The notes under the pieces were generated by a model. That model ran no database searches and was not told the DNA's origin. It saw only the letters and a list, made by a program, of their open reading frames with translations. 64,000 nt of DNA from assembly GCA_002441305.1 (NCBI GenBank), contig DJVT01000014.1, positions 101,642 to 165,641 of the forward strand, read 5' to 3'. The DNA is from Candidatus Omnitrophica bacterium UBA6249. GTDB taxonomy: Bacteria > Omnitrophota > Gorgyraeia > Gygaellales > Profunditerraquicolaceae. Shown here piece by piece: positions 16,175 to 27,002 of this stretch. The first letter of the stretch is position 1. Every line of letters starts with the position of its first letter. The position numbers and the translations under genes were made by a program.

Positions 16175-17784
16175 CAGATCTCTTTAACCACCCTTCCTCC
16201 GAACATCTCCAGGGCGGATTTGATGAATGAATTCTCGTGCGCGCCCTGCTCGTGCGGGAGGCGCGCGGACAGAACAAAGCTCAACCTTATCTCCGACTTG
16301 CACAACTCGGAAAACACTTTTTCCACCAAATCCCTGTTCTCCTTCCTGTCCAGCGATTCTTTATGCAGGGAGCAATTCTTGGGGAAATCCACGGTCAGCT
16401 TATTACCCTTGATATTCGACGGCTCGCCTTCGCTCAAATAAGTAGATACGGACATCTTCTTGCCGGCAAGCATATCTATGGCATTCTTCCACACCTCTTT
16501 TACCCTGTCCAGAGAAATCTCCATATGAGGCTTTTCTTGCTCCGCCGGCCTGCCTTCAAGTGTTTCTTCATGGGCATGTTTTGGAGGGGAATATTTCTCG
16601 GTTTTTTCTGCGATAAACCCTTTCTGTTTTGCAGGAGAGGCCCCATGGGCCTCCGTTTTATGCGCCTGTTTATCCAAGGCAGGGCTGTGGTCGCTGCTTT
16701 TATTATAGGCCAGCCTTACCAGGCTTATCTCCAGGGGAATACGCTGGGAATCGAACCGCTTGGCCATATCCTGAGTTGCAACCAGGATGTTGAAACAAAT
16801 AAAAATCTCCTCAAGGGAAAGGCGCTGGCTTTGTTTCAACAGACGGTCGCATACCTCCTGCGGCAGATCGACCAGTTTCATATCGGCCTTGGAGACCTTG
16901 GCCACCATCAGATTCCTGAAATGTTCGATGAGGTTGACGAGAAAAACCCCGGGATCCTTGCCGTCGTCAATAATCCCGTTAAAAAGCTCCAGCGCCCCCT
17001 GGGGGTCCTTCTGGATTATCTTATCGGCGACAGAAAACAACACATCCTGTTCAACCATTCCCAGCACGGAAATAGCGTCTTTCAAAGAAACCGCGCCATG
17101 GGAAAAAGAAATAAGCTGGTCGAGGACGGATTCGGCATCCCTCATGGAGCCGTCGCTGCTCTTAGCCACCGCAAAAAGCACATCCCTGTCCACATCCGCC
17201 TTCTCCGCGCGGATAATCTTCTCAAGCTGGGAGATGATCTCGATCACCGGTATCCTGCGGAAGTCCATGCGCTGGCAGCGCGAGATAATCGTAGGCATGA
17301 CTTTCTGCGGGTGAGTGGTAGCGAAAATGAATTTCGCAAATTCCGGTGGTTCCTCAAGTGTTTTAAGCAGGGCGTTGAATCCGTCGGGGGTTATCTGGTG
17401 GACCTCGTCGATAATATAGACCTTATACCTGCCCTGAACGGGGGAGAATTTCACGTTCTCGCGCAAAGCCCTTATCTCGTCGATGCCGCGGTTGGAGGCT
17501 CCGTCGATCTCGATCACGTCCAGGGAGTTCCCCTGATTGATCCCCGCGCAGGAAGGGCAATTTTGGCAAGGAGTAGCCGTTGGGCCTTCTTTACAGTTTA
17601 AAGCCTTAGCCAGTATCCTGGCGGTCGAAGTCTTACCCACTCCCCTCGGCCCGGTGAAAAGATAGGCGTTGGCGATACGGCGTTTCTGAATCGCGTTCTT
17701 CAACGTGCCTACTATATGATCCTGCCCAACAATGCTGTCAAAATCTTGCGGGCGCCATTTTAAAGCCAAAACAGTATAAGCCAT
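16174..17784 (-). CDS. dnaX: DNA polymerase III subunit gamma/tau
   Basis: FTGPRGVGKTS Walker A, the zinc module CQNCPSC, and IIDEVHQ. Confidence 0.9.
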   Translation of the reverse strand: MAYTVLALKWRPQDFDSIVGQDHIVGTLKNAIQKRRIANAYLFTGPRGVGKTSTARILAKALNCKEGPTATPCQNCPSCAGINQGNSLDVIEIDGASNRGIDEIRALRENVKFSPVQGRYKVYIIDEVHQITPDGFNALLKTLEEPPEFAKFIFATTHPQKVMPTIISRCQRMDFRRIPVIEIISQLEKIIRAEKADVDRDVLFAVAKSSDGSMRDAESVLDQLISFSHGAVSLKDAISVLGMVEQDVLFSVADKIIQKDPQGALELFNGIIDDGKDPGVFLVNLIEHFRNLMVAKVSKADMKLVDLPQEVCDRLLKQSQRLSLEEIFICFNILVATQDMAKRFDSQRIPLEISLVRLAYNKSSDHSPALDKQAHKTEAHGASPAKQKGFIAEKTEKYSPPKHAHEETLEGRPAEQEKPHMEISLDRVKEVWKNAIDMLAGKKMSVSTYLSEGEPSNIKGNKLTVDFPKNCSLHKESLDRKENRDLVEKVFSELCKSEIRLSFVLSARLPHEQGAHENSFIKSALEMFGGRVVKEI

Positions 17785-17793
17785 TATGCGATT

Positions 17794-18027
17794 TTATTTC
17801 TTGTCGATTTTGATGCGCTGCACCTTTACCCCTTTTTCCGCCAGGTAAACAAAGACCTTCTCCAACTCCTGGTCTTCTCCTTCTATGGTCAGAATCGACC
17901 ATCCGGCATCCATGGAAAAAGAGGCTTCAATAATATTCAAACTTACATCGAATTTTTTACAAAGATAACAAATTATCGATTCATCCTGCAGGGTACCCGG
18001 AAAGGTCAGGCCGATGGACATCTTCAT
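17794..18027 (-). CDS. NIL-domain-like small protein
   Basis: The 77-aa sequence resembles the MetN C-terminal NIL fold (ICYLCKKFDVSLNIIEASF...GWSILTIEG). Confidence 0.55.
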   Translation of the reverse strand: MKMSIGLTFPGTLQDESIICYLCKKFDVSLNIIEASFSMDAGWSILTIEGEDQELEKVFVYLAEKGVKVQRIKIDKK

Positions 18028-18112
18028 TTCTCACTCCTTGCCAGAACGCGGCGGTTTTGGATATGTTTATTATACCAGAAAATCCCGCCAAGGATAGCAA
18101 AATCAAATCCGC

Positions 18113-19531
18113 TCAAACCTCCCCTATCTCGGGGATTATCTCGGGAGGGACCGCAGGCTCAACCATGCGCATCTTCCTCCATTTCCCCTCCCGGTACCTC
18201 CTGAACACGAAACCGGAAAAAACCAGGAAGAACAATACCATTGCCACCCATCCGGCCTGCGCAGGAAGATTCAGGAAGCGCAGTATAACGGCAAGTACAA
18301 CAACCATGGACCAATGCAAGGCAACGGACATGCGCATCGCCCAAAGCGTATCTCCTGCCCCGCGTAAAGCCCCGATAAAAATACATAACATTGCCTCCAC
18401 CAAGACATAAATCGAGGCAACACGCACCATGAATACGGAAACGGGAAAGGCGGAGGCAAACACCGCGTTCTCCTGAAGTGGCCTGAAGACATTCACCAGT
18501 AAAGCCGGAGACAGGGTAAAGAAGAGGAAAATGAAAGCCGAATACCCCATACCAAGCTTCAAACCTGACATAACCGAAATATGCGCCTTGTCCGGATGTC
18601 CCGATCCCATATATTTTCCCACCAGGCTGGTAATTCCAATCTCTATCCCTATCAAAGGGACGAAAGACACCAGGTCCCAGTTAAAAACCACCGTAGCGGC
18701 TGTGGCCATTACCGGGCCGAGGGAATGAAACATCATCACGATGGCGTTGAAGGCCAGGATATTCAAGAACATCTCCAAACCCGTGGGCGCCCCGTACCTT
18801 AAAAGCTTGACTGCCAAAAGGCGGTCGAAACGAAAGGAGCTTATCCCTATAGAGTACTCCCTGCGGTTACGCTTGCTGAAATAGGCGGAAAACAGGATAA
18901 TCAAGCCGACGATGCCGCCGCATATGGTGGCGATCGCCGCACCGTAAATCCCCAGGCGGGGGAATCCGAAATTACCGAAAATAAGCAGGTAATCCAACCC
19001 TATATTGGTAATCATCGCCGCAAAAGAAGCAAACATAACGATCCTTGTGCGGGCTATCCCGGAGAAAAATCCGCTCAGGCTCATGCGCATAAGGCTGATC
19101 ACGCATCCGTAGATCAGTATATTGAAATAACTTACCTGGAAGACAAGCTGCTCTTTCCCCACGCCGATAAAAGAAAACAACCAGTACGCCCCGGGGCGCA
19201 AGGCGAGTATAACAGGATAAGCGCACCAGGAAAAGATCAGCGCCTGGGATAGCACCAGCCCGCAGTCGCCTTTTTTCTTTGCCCCTAAATGCTGCGCAAC
19301 CAGGGCGGTAGTGAACCCCGTGAGCCCGAGGAAAAAAGACATCATCATAAAAGAAGCCAGCCCTCCCCCCATTACCGCGTTCATCAGTTCGGGGTCAAGC
19401 CGGGCCAGGAACAGGCGGTCGGTAAAAACCATCACCGTATCGCAGGCATGAGAAATGACCATGGGCAGGGAAATAGCCAAGACCTCGGCCATTCCGCCTT
19501 CTTTAACGGCAAGTTTCAGCGTATCTTTCAT
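18113..19531 (-). CDS. MATE family efflux transporter
   Basis: 472 aa with about 12 TM segments and the typical MATE N-terminus (LAISLPMVISHACDTVMVFTDRLFLARL). Confidence 0.85.
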   Translation of the reverse strand: MKDTLKLAVKEGGMAEVLAISLPMVISHACDTVMVFTDRLFLARLDPELMNAVMGGGLASFMMMSFFLGLTGFTTALVAQHLGAKKKGDCGLVLSQALIFSWCAYPVILALRPGAYWLFSFIGVGKEQLVFQVSYFNILIYGCVISLMRMSLSGFFSGIARTRIVMFASFAAMITNIGLDYLLIFGNFGFPRLGIYGAAIATICGGIVGLIILFSAYFSKRNRREYSIGISSFRFDRLLAVKLLRYGAPTGLEMFLNILAFNAIVMMFHSLGPVMATAATVVFNWDLVSFVPLIGIEIGITSLVGKYMGSGHPDKAHISVMSGLKLGMGYSAFIFLFFTLSPALLVNVFRPLQENAVFASAFPVSVFMVRVASIYVLVEAMLCIFIGALRGAGDTLWAMRMSVALHWSMVVVLAVILRFLNLPAQAGWVAMVLFFLVFSGFVFRRYREGKWRKMRMVEPAVPPEIIPEIGEV

Positions 19532-19590
19532 AAAAAATAAATCCGACGGGTGGCGTCGGAATTCGTTAGAGACAGATTAAAGTGATTTTC

Positions 19591-19679
19591 CGGAGAGGCT
19601 GGGATTCGAACCCAGGGACCCAGTTGCCCAGGTCAACTCATTAGCAGTGAGTTGCTTTCGACCACTCAGCCACCTCTCC
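19591..19679 (-). tRNA. tRNA-Ser (GCT)
   Basis: GGAGAGGTGGCTGAGTGGTCGAAAGCAACTCACTGCTAATGAGT... with a long variable arm and GGTTCGAATCC T-loop. Confidence 0.9.
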
Positions 19680-19684
19680 AATAT

Positions 19685-20146
19685 CTAAACGTTTTTTCTT
19701 TTCTTTCTAAAGAACTCTTTCAGAAGCAAACCGCACTCCTCTTCCAGGATGCCGCCGGAGACCTTTACCCGATGGTTCAATTTTTGATGGTTTACAATAT
19801 TGATGACCGAACCGCAGGCTCCGGTTTTGGGATCTTTGGCTCCGAAAAACAGATTTTTTATGCGCGCCAGGACTATCGCGCCCGCGCACATACTGCACGG
19901 CTCAATTGTAACATAGAGGCTTGCCCCGTTCAACCACTTTACGCCAAGGCAGGAGGCCGCGCTAGTTATGGCGATCATCTCCGCGTGCGCCGTCGGGTCT
20001 TTCAGGCGCTCGATCTGATTGTGGCCGCGGGCGATAACCCTGTCTTCATGGACAACCACCGCGCCCACAGGCACTTCATCCTCGTCAAAGGCCCGGGAAG
20101 CTTCCTTCAGGGCCTCCGACATATAGTACTGTTCGAGTTTACGCAT
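19685..20146 (-). CDS. tadA: tRNA adenosine(34) deaminase TadA
   Basis: HAEMIAI and PCSMCAGAI deaminase motifs. The track start at 20182 would overlap tRNA-Arg, so I prefer ATG 20146 (MRKLEQYYMSEALKEA). Confidence 0.9.
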   Translation of the reverse strand: MRKLEQYYMSEALKEASRAFDEDEVPVGAVVVHEDRVIARGHNQIERLKDPTAHAEMIAITSAASCLGVKWLNGASLYVTIEPCSMCAGAIVLARIKNLFFGAKDPKTGACGSVINIVNHQKLNHRVKVSGGILEEECGLLLKEFFRKKRKNV

Positions 20147-20152
20147 ATTAAT

Positions 20153-20226
20153 TGCGCCCAGCAGGAGTCGAACCTGCAACAACCAGCTCCGTAGGCTGAT
20201 GCTCTATCCAGTTGAGCTATGGGCGC
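20153..20226 (-). tRNA. tRNA-Arg (ACG)
   Basis: GCGCCCATAGCTCAACTGGATAGAGCATCAGCCTACGGAGCTGGTTGTTGCAGGTTCGACTCCTGCTGGGCGCA, with anticodon loop CTACGGA. Confidence 0.9.
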
Positions 20227-20289
20227 AAAGATTTCGGCAGCTTTAAGCTTTTTATTTTATCACGTTTAAAATATAAATCTACTTGCTTT

Positions 20290-22299
20290 TTAAGGCAGCT
20301 TCCAGACCAGGCTCTTATACTGATCGAGCATGCGATAGGTATTGAAGTTCGCCGCAACGCAAATGCACTCAATCATCATATCTATCCATGCGGAAGAGGC
20401 ATCAGCTTTCCCTTGACGATTAGTCTTATAGTAAAGGCCGATCAGCCTGGCCAAAGTAGCGTACAGCTCCGCGGAATCCTCTTGCATATGCAGGTCAAAT
20501 TCGTTGCCGATCATCCCTTCGTTATTCTTGTAGCCGAAAAATGCCCCGATTGGACGGTCGGATACCTCGGCCACCCATCCGTCTATCGTGCTCATCTGCA
20601 AGACGCCGTTTAAAATAGCCTTCATCCCGCTGGTTCCGGAAGCCTCAAAAGGCGGAAGGGGATTATTCAGCCAAACATCGACGCTGGAGGTAAGCAGTTT
20701 TCCCATCGATATATCGTAGTTTTCCAGGACGATTATCTTAAGCTTGCTGTAATCCTCGTTTAATTTATCCACCTTATCCAACACCTCGTTGATATAAGTA
20801 AAACCCAGATTGTCGTTGGGATGGGCTTTGCCCGCCAGGATAATCTGCAAAGGACCGGTCTCTTCTGCTATGCGCATCAGCTTGCCGATGTCGTGCAGGA
20901 TCAAGCTCGGCCTCTTGTAAGCGGCAATCCTCCTGGCCCAGCAAATTGTAAATATATTCTCGTCGAGCTTCCACTTATTGAGAAACTTACATAATCCTGC
21001 CTTATTGCTCTGGTGAGCCTGCCAGAGCCGGGAACGGAAGTCATTATCCTGCCGCAATTCCGCGGCTTTAGCCAAAACCATAGGATTGCTCTTAAAATCG
21101 GGGAACACCGCGGGGAACTGCGCAAAAAGATCCATAAAAGGCCGGGACATCCAGGTATAGGGATGGACGCCGTTAGTGACATATTGTATCCGGTCCTTAT
21201 ATTTGGGAAACTGGATATGCATGACCTTCTGGTGGTTGTGCGATACGGCATTGATCGCTGAGGCGATATTCATCGATAAAAGTGTCAAGTTCGCCAGGCC
21301 CGGCCTCTCCTTGCCGAACCTCTCCACGATATCCACATCCTCTTTTTTAAGCACCTTGCTCAAATCATCAAAAGAGAACCTGTCATGCCCGGCCTCCACC
21401 GGCGTATGGCAGGTATAGACAAATCTTTCCCTGAGCTTCTCCGTTTCCCGGTTATCCAGGCCGCGGGCCTTGGCGACAAAGGCAAACACCGCGTGGCCTT
21501 CATTCAAGTGGTAAATATCGACATTATACCCCATCTCGGCCAGCGCGTTTATCCCCCCGAAACCGAGTATCACCCTCTGCAATAGTTTCAGGAAAACATT
21601 ATCGCTGCGGTAAAGCTGTCCGGTAAGGTTCTTCGCGCGCTCGCTGTTGGAATCGATATTAGAATCAAGCAGTATCAAAGGGATTACCGCATCATGCTTA
21701 TAGCTGTAAACATAATATTTCCAAAGCCTAAAATTGACATCCTCCGGTTTCAGGGAAATCCTGATCCTGTTCTTTAAAGGGACCAGGCCGGGGTATGTGT
21801 GCGGATCCCAGTGCATTTTTTCCGGGGCCTGGCCGTATTTGAACCAGAACTTCTGCCGGAAGTATCCCGAGTTCCAGAGTATGCCTATCCCGACGGCAGG
21901 AAGCTTATAGTCGGCCATGGTCTTAATCGTATCTCCCGCCAGGACGCCTAAGCCGCCGCTATAGATGGGAAGGTCTATGATATTGTCCGCCTGCAAGGCA
22001 AAGAAATAATCCGCCACCCGGAAATTGGAAAACACCGCGTTTTCGGGGAGCTTATTCTCCTCTTTTAAAGGCAGGGAACTGGAAAACTTATTATAACAAC
22101 TGGTGGCCAGGCCGTACTCCATGGAAAAATAAGCGATACCTCCGCCGCCGGGTGAACGCAGCCTCTCCTCTGCTTCTATGATGCGCTCAAGCGGCATTCC
22201 GAAATAAGCGCCTTTGCCTATGTCTTTTGCGTAACGGCCGTCCGGGTCATCCACCTGGACGAGCGAATAAAATTTATCGGTAAGCTGTTCTTTACTCAT
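20290..22299 (-). CDS. glgP: Alpha-glucan (glycogen/maltodextrin) phosphorylase family protein
   Basis: 669 aa. EASGTSGMK is the PLP-lysine motif of GT35 phosphorylases. Confidence 0.85.
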   Translation of the reverse strand: MSKEQLTDKFYSLVQVDDPDGRYAKDIGKGAYFGMPLERIIEAEERLRSPGGGGIAYFSMEYGLATSCYNKFSSSLPLKEENKLPENAVFSNFRVADYFFALQADNIIDLPIYSGGLGVLAGDTIKTMADYKLPAVGIGILWNSGYFRQKFWFKYGQAPEKMHWDPHTYPGLVPLKNRIRISLKPEDVNFRLWKYYVYSYKHDAVIPLILLDSNIDSNSERAKNLTGQLYRSDNVFLKLLQRVILGFGGINALAEMGYNVDIYHLNEGHAVFAFVAKARGLDNRETEKLRERFVYTCHTPVEAGHDRFSFDDLSKVLKKEDVDIVERFGKERPGLANLTLLSMNIASAINAVSHNHQKVMHIQFPKYKDRIQYVTNGVHPYTWMSRPFMDLFAQFPAVFPDFKSNPMVLAKAAELRQDNDFRSRLWQAHQSNKAGLCKFLNKWKLDENIFTICWARRIAAYKRPSLILHDIGKLMRIAEETGPLQIILAGKAHPNDNLGFTYINEVLDKVDKLNEDYSKLKIIVLENYDISMGKLLTSSVDVWLNNPLPPFEASGTSGMKAILNGVLQMSTIDGWVAEVSDRPIGAFFGYKNNEGMIGNEFDLHMQEDSAELYATLARLIGLYYKTNRQGKADASSAWIDMMIECICVAANFNTYRMLDQYKSLVWKLP

Positions 22300-22302
22300 A
22301 TA

Positions 22303-22740
22303 TTACTTTTCTTTTCTTGTCCTTGTTTTCTTGCGCCAACGCAACGGATTTTCCTTATGTTTGCGCCGCAAGGGGGGAAAGGCGACGCCTGCCTCTTTAC
22401 ATTTCTTAAAATAGCTTACCGAACGCCTCCCCTGCTTATACTTGCCGGTCCTCTTGGGGATACCGCCTCTGGAAAGGGCCCTTTGCGAAACGCTGCTCTT
22501 TCTTGATACGGAAGCCAGGACATTCGCCGGCCTGCCTAATATATTCTTCCCGTCAAGGGCGGCTATGGCAGCCCAGGCTTCTTTATCATTCGGCATCTCT
22601 ACGAAACCAAAGCCTCTCGACTTGCTGCCGTCCTTTTCCATCACTATCGCAATGCCCGCAATAGCGCCAAAGACGGCAAACACCTTGTATATATCCTCTT
22701 CTCTGGCGGTAAACGACAAGTTGCCTACGAATATATTCAT
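22303..22740 (-). CDS. RRM-type RNA-binding protein with a basic C-terminal tail
   Basis: RNP2 is IFVGNL and RNP1 is RGFGFVEM. The tail is R/K-rich. Confidence 0.85.
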   Translation of the reverse strand: MNIFVGNLSFTAREEDIYKVFAVFGAIAGIAIVMEKDGSKSRGFGFVEMPNDKEAWAAIAALDGKNILGRPANVLASVSRKSSVSQRALSRGGIPKRTGKYKQGRRSVSYFKKCKEAGVAFPPLRRKHKENPLRWRKKTRTRKEK

Positions 22741-22825
22741 ATTTTATCTACAATACCATAACTCTTCGTTTATCTCAAGCGTTTTGACTGCCTTGCCGTC
22801 AGGACCGGCAATGGAGGGATTAATC

Positions 22826-25198
22826 TTAATACGGCCACTTCCAGCCGCGGATCTCCGGCATATCCTCGCCGTGCACAGAGATGTACTGCTTATGTTCGAT
22901 CAACTTGTTATGCAGCCATTCCTTGACATGCGCAGACTGGTTTTGCAGAGAAAGCACGCGGTCGATGACGTCATCTGCGAGGTTGAAACGGTCAAGTTCA
23001 TTCAACACCGTCATATCAAAAGGCGTGGTAGTCGTCCCCTCCTCTTTATACCCGCGCACATGCACATTCCTGTGGTTTGCCCTGCGGTAGAGCAAGCGGT
23101 GGATAAGCCAGGGGTAGCCGTGAAAAGCGAAAATTACCGGCTTGTCGGTAGTAAAAAGGCTGTCGAAGTCTTTATCGGAAAGCCCGTGCGGATGCTCGCT
23201 CTGGGGCTGAAGAGTCATCAAGTCTACTACATTAATCACCCTTATCTTCAAAACTGGGAATTTCTGCCTGAGGATATCCACCGCGGCCAGAGTTTCCAAA
23301 GTAGGGACATCTCCCGCGCAGGCCATAACCACATCCGGCTCTCCGTCGTAATCATTGCTTGCCCAATCCCATATGCCGATACCCTTGGTGCAATGCCTGA
23401 TCGCCTCGTCCATATTGAGATACTGCGGCCCGGGATGTTTGCCGGCCACGATGACATTTACATAGTGACGGCTGCGCAGACAGTGGTCGGTCACGGAAAG
23501 AAGAGTGTTGGTATCCGGAGGCAGGTATACCCTGATAACCTCGGCCTTTTTATTCACCACATGGTCTATGAAACCCGGGTCCTGGTGCGAGGAGCCGTTA
23601 TGGTCCTGCCTCCACACATGAGAGGTCAACAGGTAGTTAAGGGAAGATATCGGCCTGCGCCACGGGATGCGCCGCGACGTCTTCAGCCATTTAGCATGCT
23701 GGTTGAACATGGAATCGACAATATGGATAAAGGCTTCATAGCAGGAAAAGAAACCGTGCCTGCCGGTAAGAAGGTAGCCCTCCAGCCAGCCCTGACAGGT
23801 GTGCTCGCTCAAAATCTCCATCACCCTGCCGTCGGAAGCAAGGTGGTCGTCCTCAGGAAGTATCTTTGCCAACCACGTGCGGTCAGTAACATCCAGCAGC
23901 GCGCCCAGCCTGTTCGAAGTGGTCTCATCCGGTCCGAACACCCTGAAATTATTATTCTTCAGGCTTAACTTCATTACATCGCGCAGGAAATATCCCATGA
24001 CACGCGTCGGCTCGGATTCCACGTTCCCTGGTTTGGCGACGCCCACGGCATACTTGCGGAAATCAGGCAGGCGCAGGTCACGCAGCAGCAAACCACCGTT
24101 GGCATGAGGATTATCGCTCATGCGCCTCCTGCCTTTTGGCGCCAGCTCCGCAAAAGAAGATACAAAACGCCCGCGCTTGTCGAAAAGCTCCTCCGGCTTA
24201 TAGCTTTTCATCCATTTCTCAAGGGCCTTGATATGCCCGGGTTTTTCGGCCATCTCCGAAAAAGGCACCTGATGAGAACGCCAATATCCTTCCGTCTTCA
24301 AACCATCAATGCTCTTCGGTCCGGTCCAGCCTTTAGGAGTATTCAAGACTATCATCGGCCAGACGGGACGGACGGGTTTTTTGGCTTTGCGCGCCTTGAA
24401 TTGTATATCCCTGATCTCTCCTATTATCGCCTCCAGGGTTTTTGCCATAAGTTTATGCATAGTATAAGGATCCGAGCCTTCTACGAAATACGGCTTATAA
24501 CCGCAGCCCTCAAAAAACTTCTTTAGCTCGTCTTTCCCTATTCGTGCCATGATCGTAGGGTTGGATATCTTATATCCGTTCAAATGCAAAATGGGCAGAA
24601 CGACCCCGTCGGTCTTGGGATTAAGGAATTTATTGGAGTGCCAGGCAGTGGCTAATGGCCCGGTCTCGGCTTCTCCGTCTCCCACTACGCAGGCGACAAT
24701 CAGGGACGGGTTATCGAACACCGCGCCAAATGCGTGAGAGAGGGAATAACCGAGCTCGCCTCCTTCGTGCATCGAACCGGGGGTCTCCGCCCCGACATGG
24801 CTGGGGACGCCGCCGGGAAAAGAAAACTGCTTGAACAATTTCCTCATCCCCTCCTCATCCTGCGATACGTCAGGGTAATACTCGCTGTAAGAACCCTCCA
24901 GGTAAGCGTTGGCAACCAGGCCCGGTCCGCCGTGCCCCGGACCGGTTATATATATCATATCCAGATCGTACTTCTTGATCATCCGGTTAAGATGCACATA
25001 GATAAAATTAAGTCCGGGAGTAGTCCCCCAATGCCCCAGCAGGCGGGGCTTGATATGCCCAATATTAAGCGGGGATTTAAGCAAAGGGTTATCCAAAAGG
25101 TATATCTGCCCTACAGAAAGGTAATTCGCGGCGCGCCAATAGGCGTTGACCTTCTGCATCTCTCCCATAGTCATCTTATCCGTATTGGGACGTTTCAT
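22826..25198 (-). CDS. xfp: Phosphoketolase (xylulose-5-P/fructose-6-P)
   Basis: [23 protein letters not shown] and HEGGELGY motifs. The track start at 25228 is a TTG. ATG 25198 has the strong SD GGAGGGGGAG. Confidence 0.9.
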   Translation of the reverse strand: MKRPNTDKMTMGEMQKVNAYWRAANYLSVGQIYLLDNPLLKSPLNIGHIKPRLLGHWGTTPGLNFIYVHLNRMIKKYDLDMIYITGPGHGGPGLVANAYLEGSYSEYYPDVSQDEEGMRKLFKQFSFPGGVPSHVGAETPGSMHEGGELGYSLSHAFGAVFDNPSLIVACVVGDGEAETGPLATAWHSNKFLNPKTDGVVLPILHLNGYKISNPTIMARIGKDELKKFFEGCGYKPYFVEGSDPYTMHKLMAKTLEAIIGEIRDIQFKARKAKKPVRPVWPMIVLNTPKGWTGPKSIDGLKTEGYWRSHQVPFSEMAEKPGHIKALEKWMKSYKPEELFDKRGRFVSSFAELAPKGRRRMSDNPHANGGLLLRDLRLPDFRKYAVGVAKPGNVESEPTRVMGYFLRDVMKLSLKNNNFRVFGPDETTSNRLGALLDVTDRTWLAKILPEDDHLASDGRVMEILSEHTCQGWLEGYLLTGRHGFFSCYEAFIHIVDSMFNQHAKWLKTSRRIPWRRPISSLNYLLTSHVWRQDHNGSSHQDPGFIDHVVNKKAEVIRVYLPPDTNTLLSVTDHCLRSRHYVNVIVAGKHPGPQYLNMDEAIRHCTKGIGIWDWASNDYDGEPDVVMACAGDVPTLETLAAVDILRQKFPVLKIRVINVVDLMTLQPQSEHPHGLSDKDFDSLFTTDKPVIFAFHGYPWLIHRLLYRRANHRNVHVRGYKEEGTTTTPFDMTVLNELDRFNLADDVIDRVLSLQNQSAHVKEWLHNKLIEHKQYISVHGEDMPEIRGWKWPY

Positions 25199-25224
25199 AT
25201 GCTCCCCCTCCTGTTTCCTCCGGG

Positions 25225-25872
25225 TCAAAAGATATAAGACAGGCCTAAAATACCGAAGCTGTTATTGATGCCGCTATTAGGCTTATCTATATCGCAATTG
25301 GAAAGATGCCGATAGCGGTACTCGACGGTAAAGGCAACATTCTTTTTGAGGAAAAAATGTATGCCGAAACCGGCATATTCGTTGAAATTAAACTGGGATC
25401 CCTGGTTCAAGCTGTGCTGGGAGATATAAAGAAAACCTACGCCGCCTTTTATATACGGCTGTATCCTGGAGGCCTCAGGGAGCAGGCCGATCTTCAGTAG
25501 GAAATTATTCCCTACCTCGATATTCCCGTTGGGATTGGAAACTCCCGCGATAAAGGGCTCTTCGACAAACTGCACCAAACCCGGAGGGTTAAGGCCGATC
25601 TTCTTAACCCAGGGCTTGATGTCAAAATCGAAATCAACGAAAATGGGGATAACATCGTACCTGCCTTTGGCGCGAAGATGCCCCGTGCCAAAGCCGGACA
25701 GCACCTCTATTCCCGCGAAACGGAAGCTCTTGCTTTGCACCGCATCCTTGGCGGATGCGGTAGAGCACATCCTGGAGTTCTTTGTCGTCTCGCTTTGCGC
25801 ACCGGCACATACAAAAGCAAAAAGGCAAGAACCCAGTGCCAATAACAGCGTCAAAAACTTTGTTTTCCTCAT
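25225..25872 (-). CDS. Outer-membrane beta-barrel, PagL-like acyloxyacyl hydrolase family
   Basis: Signal peptide, alternating beta-strand pattern, YRHLSN (a His-x-Ser-Asn-like motif) and a C-terminal F. Confidence 0.6.
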   Translation of the reverse strand: MRKTKFLTLLLALGSCLFAFVCAGAQSETTKNSRMCSTASAKDAVQSKSFRFAGIEVLSGFGTGHLRAKGRYDVIPIFVDFDFDIKPWVKKIGLNPPGLVQFVEEPFIAGVSNPNGNIEVGNNFLLKIGLLPEASRIQPYIKGGVGFLYISQHSLNQGSQFNFNEYAGFGIHFFLKKNVAFTVEYRYRHLSNCDIDKPNSGINNSFGILGLSYIF

Positions 25873-26073
25873 TCTCGACTCTCCTTGGATTGGAAATTTA
25901 TGGGCCCCAAAGCAGAAAAATCAAGATGCAAAACAGGAGAAATAAAATCTCCTCTTCAACGCAATTATTGTATCATAAGGCAAAACAAAATCCAGAAGAT
26001 TACCGTAAGAGTTCCATATAATGTAGACTACAATAAAAAACGGCAGGTTCCATAATAGGTTAGATCGATAATA

Positions 26074-26880
26074 CTACCAACTCTTTTTACAGTCTTCAAC
26101 TTCGTATTTATTGCCAATTTTCCTGAATTTATACCCCTTTACCACCCTCGGCCCCCTTACTCCTTTCCAAATCCCTCCGGGATTTGAAAAATATACCTCG
26201 ATATAATCATCGCTGCCTGACAATGACTCGACTTTATCAATTGCGTCGATATTTATATTTGTTAAACCCAGGCATTCCTCTTGCGTCTCTCGCTCCCGAA
26301 AATTTAACTCAGCCCAAGTATCCCCCTTATCCGCTGAAAGAGCAACCCGGTTTTCTTGTACCCCGCTTACATTAATGGCACCCCCTGAATTATCCGAATA
26401 ATAATTACGACGCAGATAAATGCATAAAAAATCATTTGATTCCAATAATCGATACCCTTCGATAACCGGATTAATCAACTCTGGATAATTTAAAACGATT
26501 TCTTCGGATGGATGAAAAGAACCGCAAACTAAAACAGTATTTCTCAATATCAAGTCATTTCCCTTTTTAACATCGATTGTCAATCTTCTCGAGAAACGAA
26601 CACCGGTATAATTTATTGCATAACCGGGCCCAACGATAGCTTTTATCTCCTTCTCTCCAAACGAAGGTTCTATAGTCAAACCGTATTTCTCTCCCCCCTT
26701 AAAGGTATATTCCTTTTCCAGGGGAACCTCTTCATAGGGTAATTTTTGAACTTTGACGTTATAAAAAGATTCCACTGCCGAACCGAATAAAACCCAAGTG
26801 AAATAAACTACGGGACGGCCGATAATAAACAGTAAAAAAACAATAGCTACTATTAACAGTATTCTGTTTTTCTTAATCAT
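26074..26880 (-). CDS. Membrane-anchored hypothetical protein (268 aa)
   Basis: N-terminal TM segment ILLIVAIVFLLFIIG. No recognisable domain. Lies in the low-G+C block. Confidence 0.55.
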   Translation of the reverse strand: MIKKNRILLIVAIVFLLFIIGRPVVYFTWVLFGSAVESFYNVKVQKLPYEEVPLEKEYTFKGGEKYGLTIEPSFGEKEIKAIVGPGYAINYTGVRFSRRLTIDVKKGNDLILRNTVLVCGSFHPSEEIVLNYPELINPVIEGYRLLESNDFLCIYLRRNYYSDNSGGAINVSGVQENRVALSADKGDTWAELNFRERETQEECLGLTNINIDAIDKVESLSGSDDYIEVYFSNPGGIWKGVRGPRVVKGYKFRKIGNKYEVEDCKKSW

Positions 26881-27002
26881 CCGTCTCTCCTTGTTATTCT
26901 CACTTTTTCACTGCTTAATGGCATAAATAACCGACTACAAAATCAATATATCTCAGGTTAATAGAACTACAAACGTTCCCGGGCGCTTGATAAAACCAGT
27001 CT

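Noticed and set aside
16590-16625. The A-rich run GCAGAAAAAACC in dnaX, as a possible gamma/tau -1 frameshift site.
   Set aside because: In the zero frame the codons are GAA AAA ACC, which do not form an X XXY YYZ slippery heptamer.
15575-17784. The absence of ybaB/ebfC between dnaX and recR; the genes overlap as TGATG.
   Set aside because: The observation is real, but ybaB could simply lie elsewhere in the genome. The dnaX C-terminus shows no YbaB-like fusion, so this is not informative on its own.
22442-23968. A 508-aa plus-strand ORF, along with similar long plus-strand ORFs at 16237-17601, 13622-14296, 24734-25237, 51130-51879 and 55586-56353.
   Set aside because: These are antisense shadows of strongly supported minus-strand genes (xfp, dnaX, abcF, lpxD, dnaB). 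Their translations are low-complexity and R/P/G/H-rich, with no motifs.
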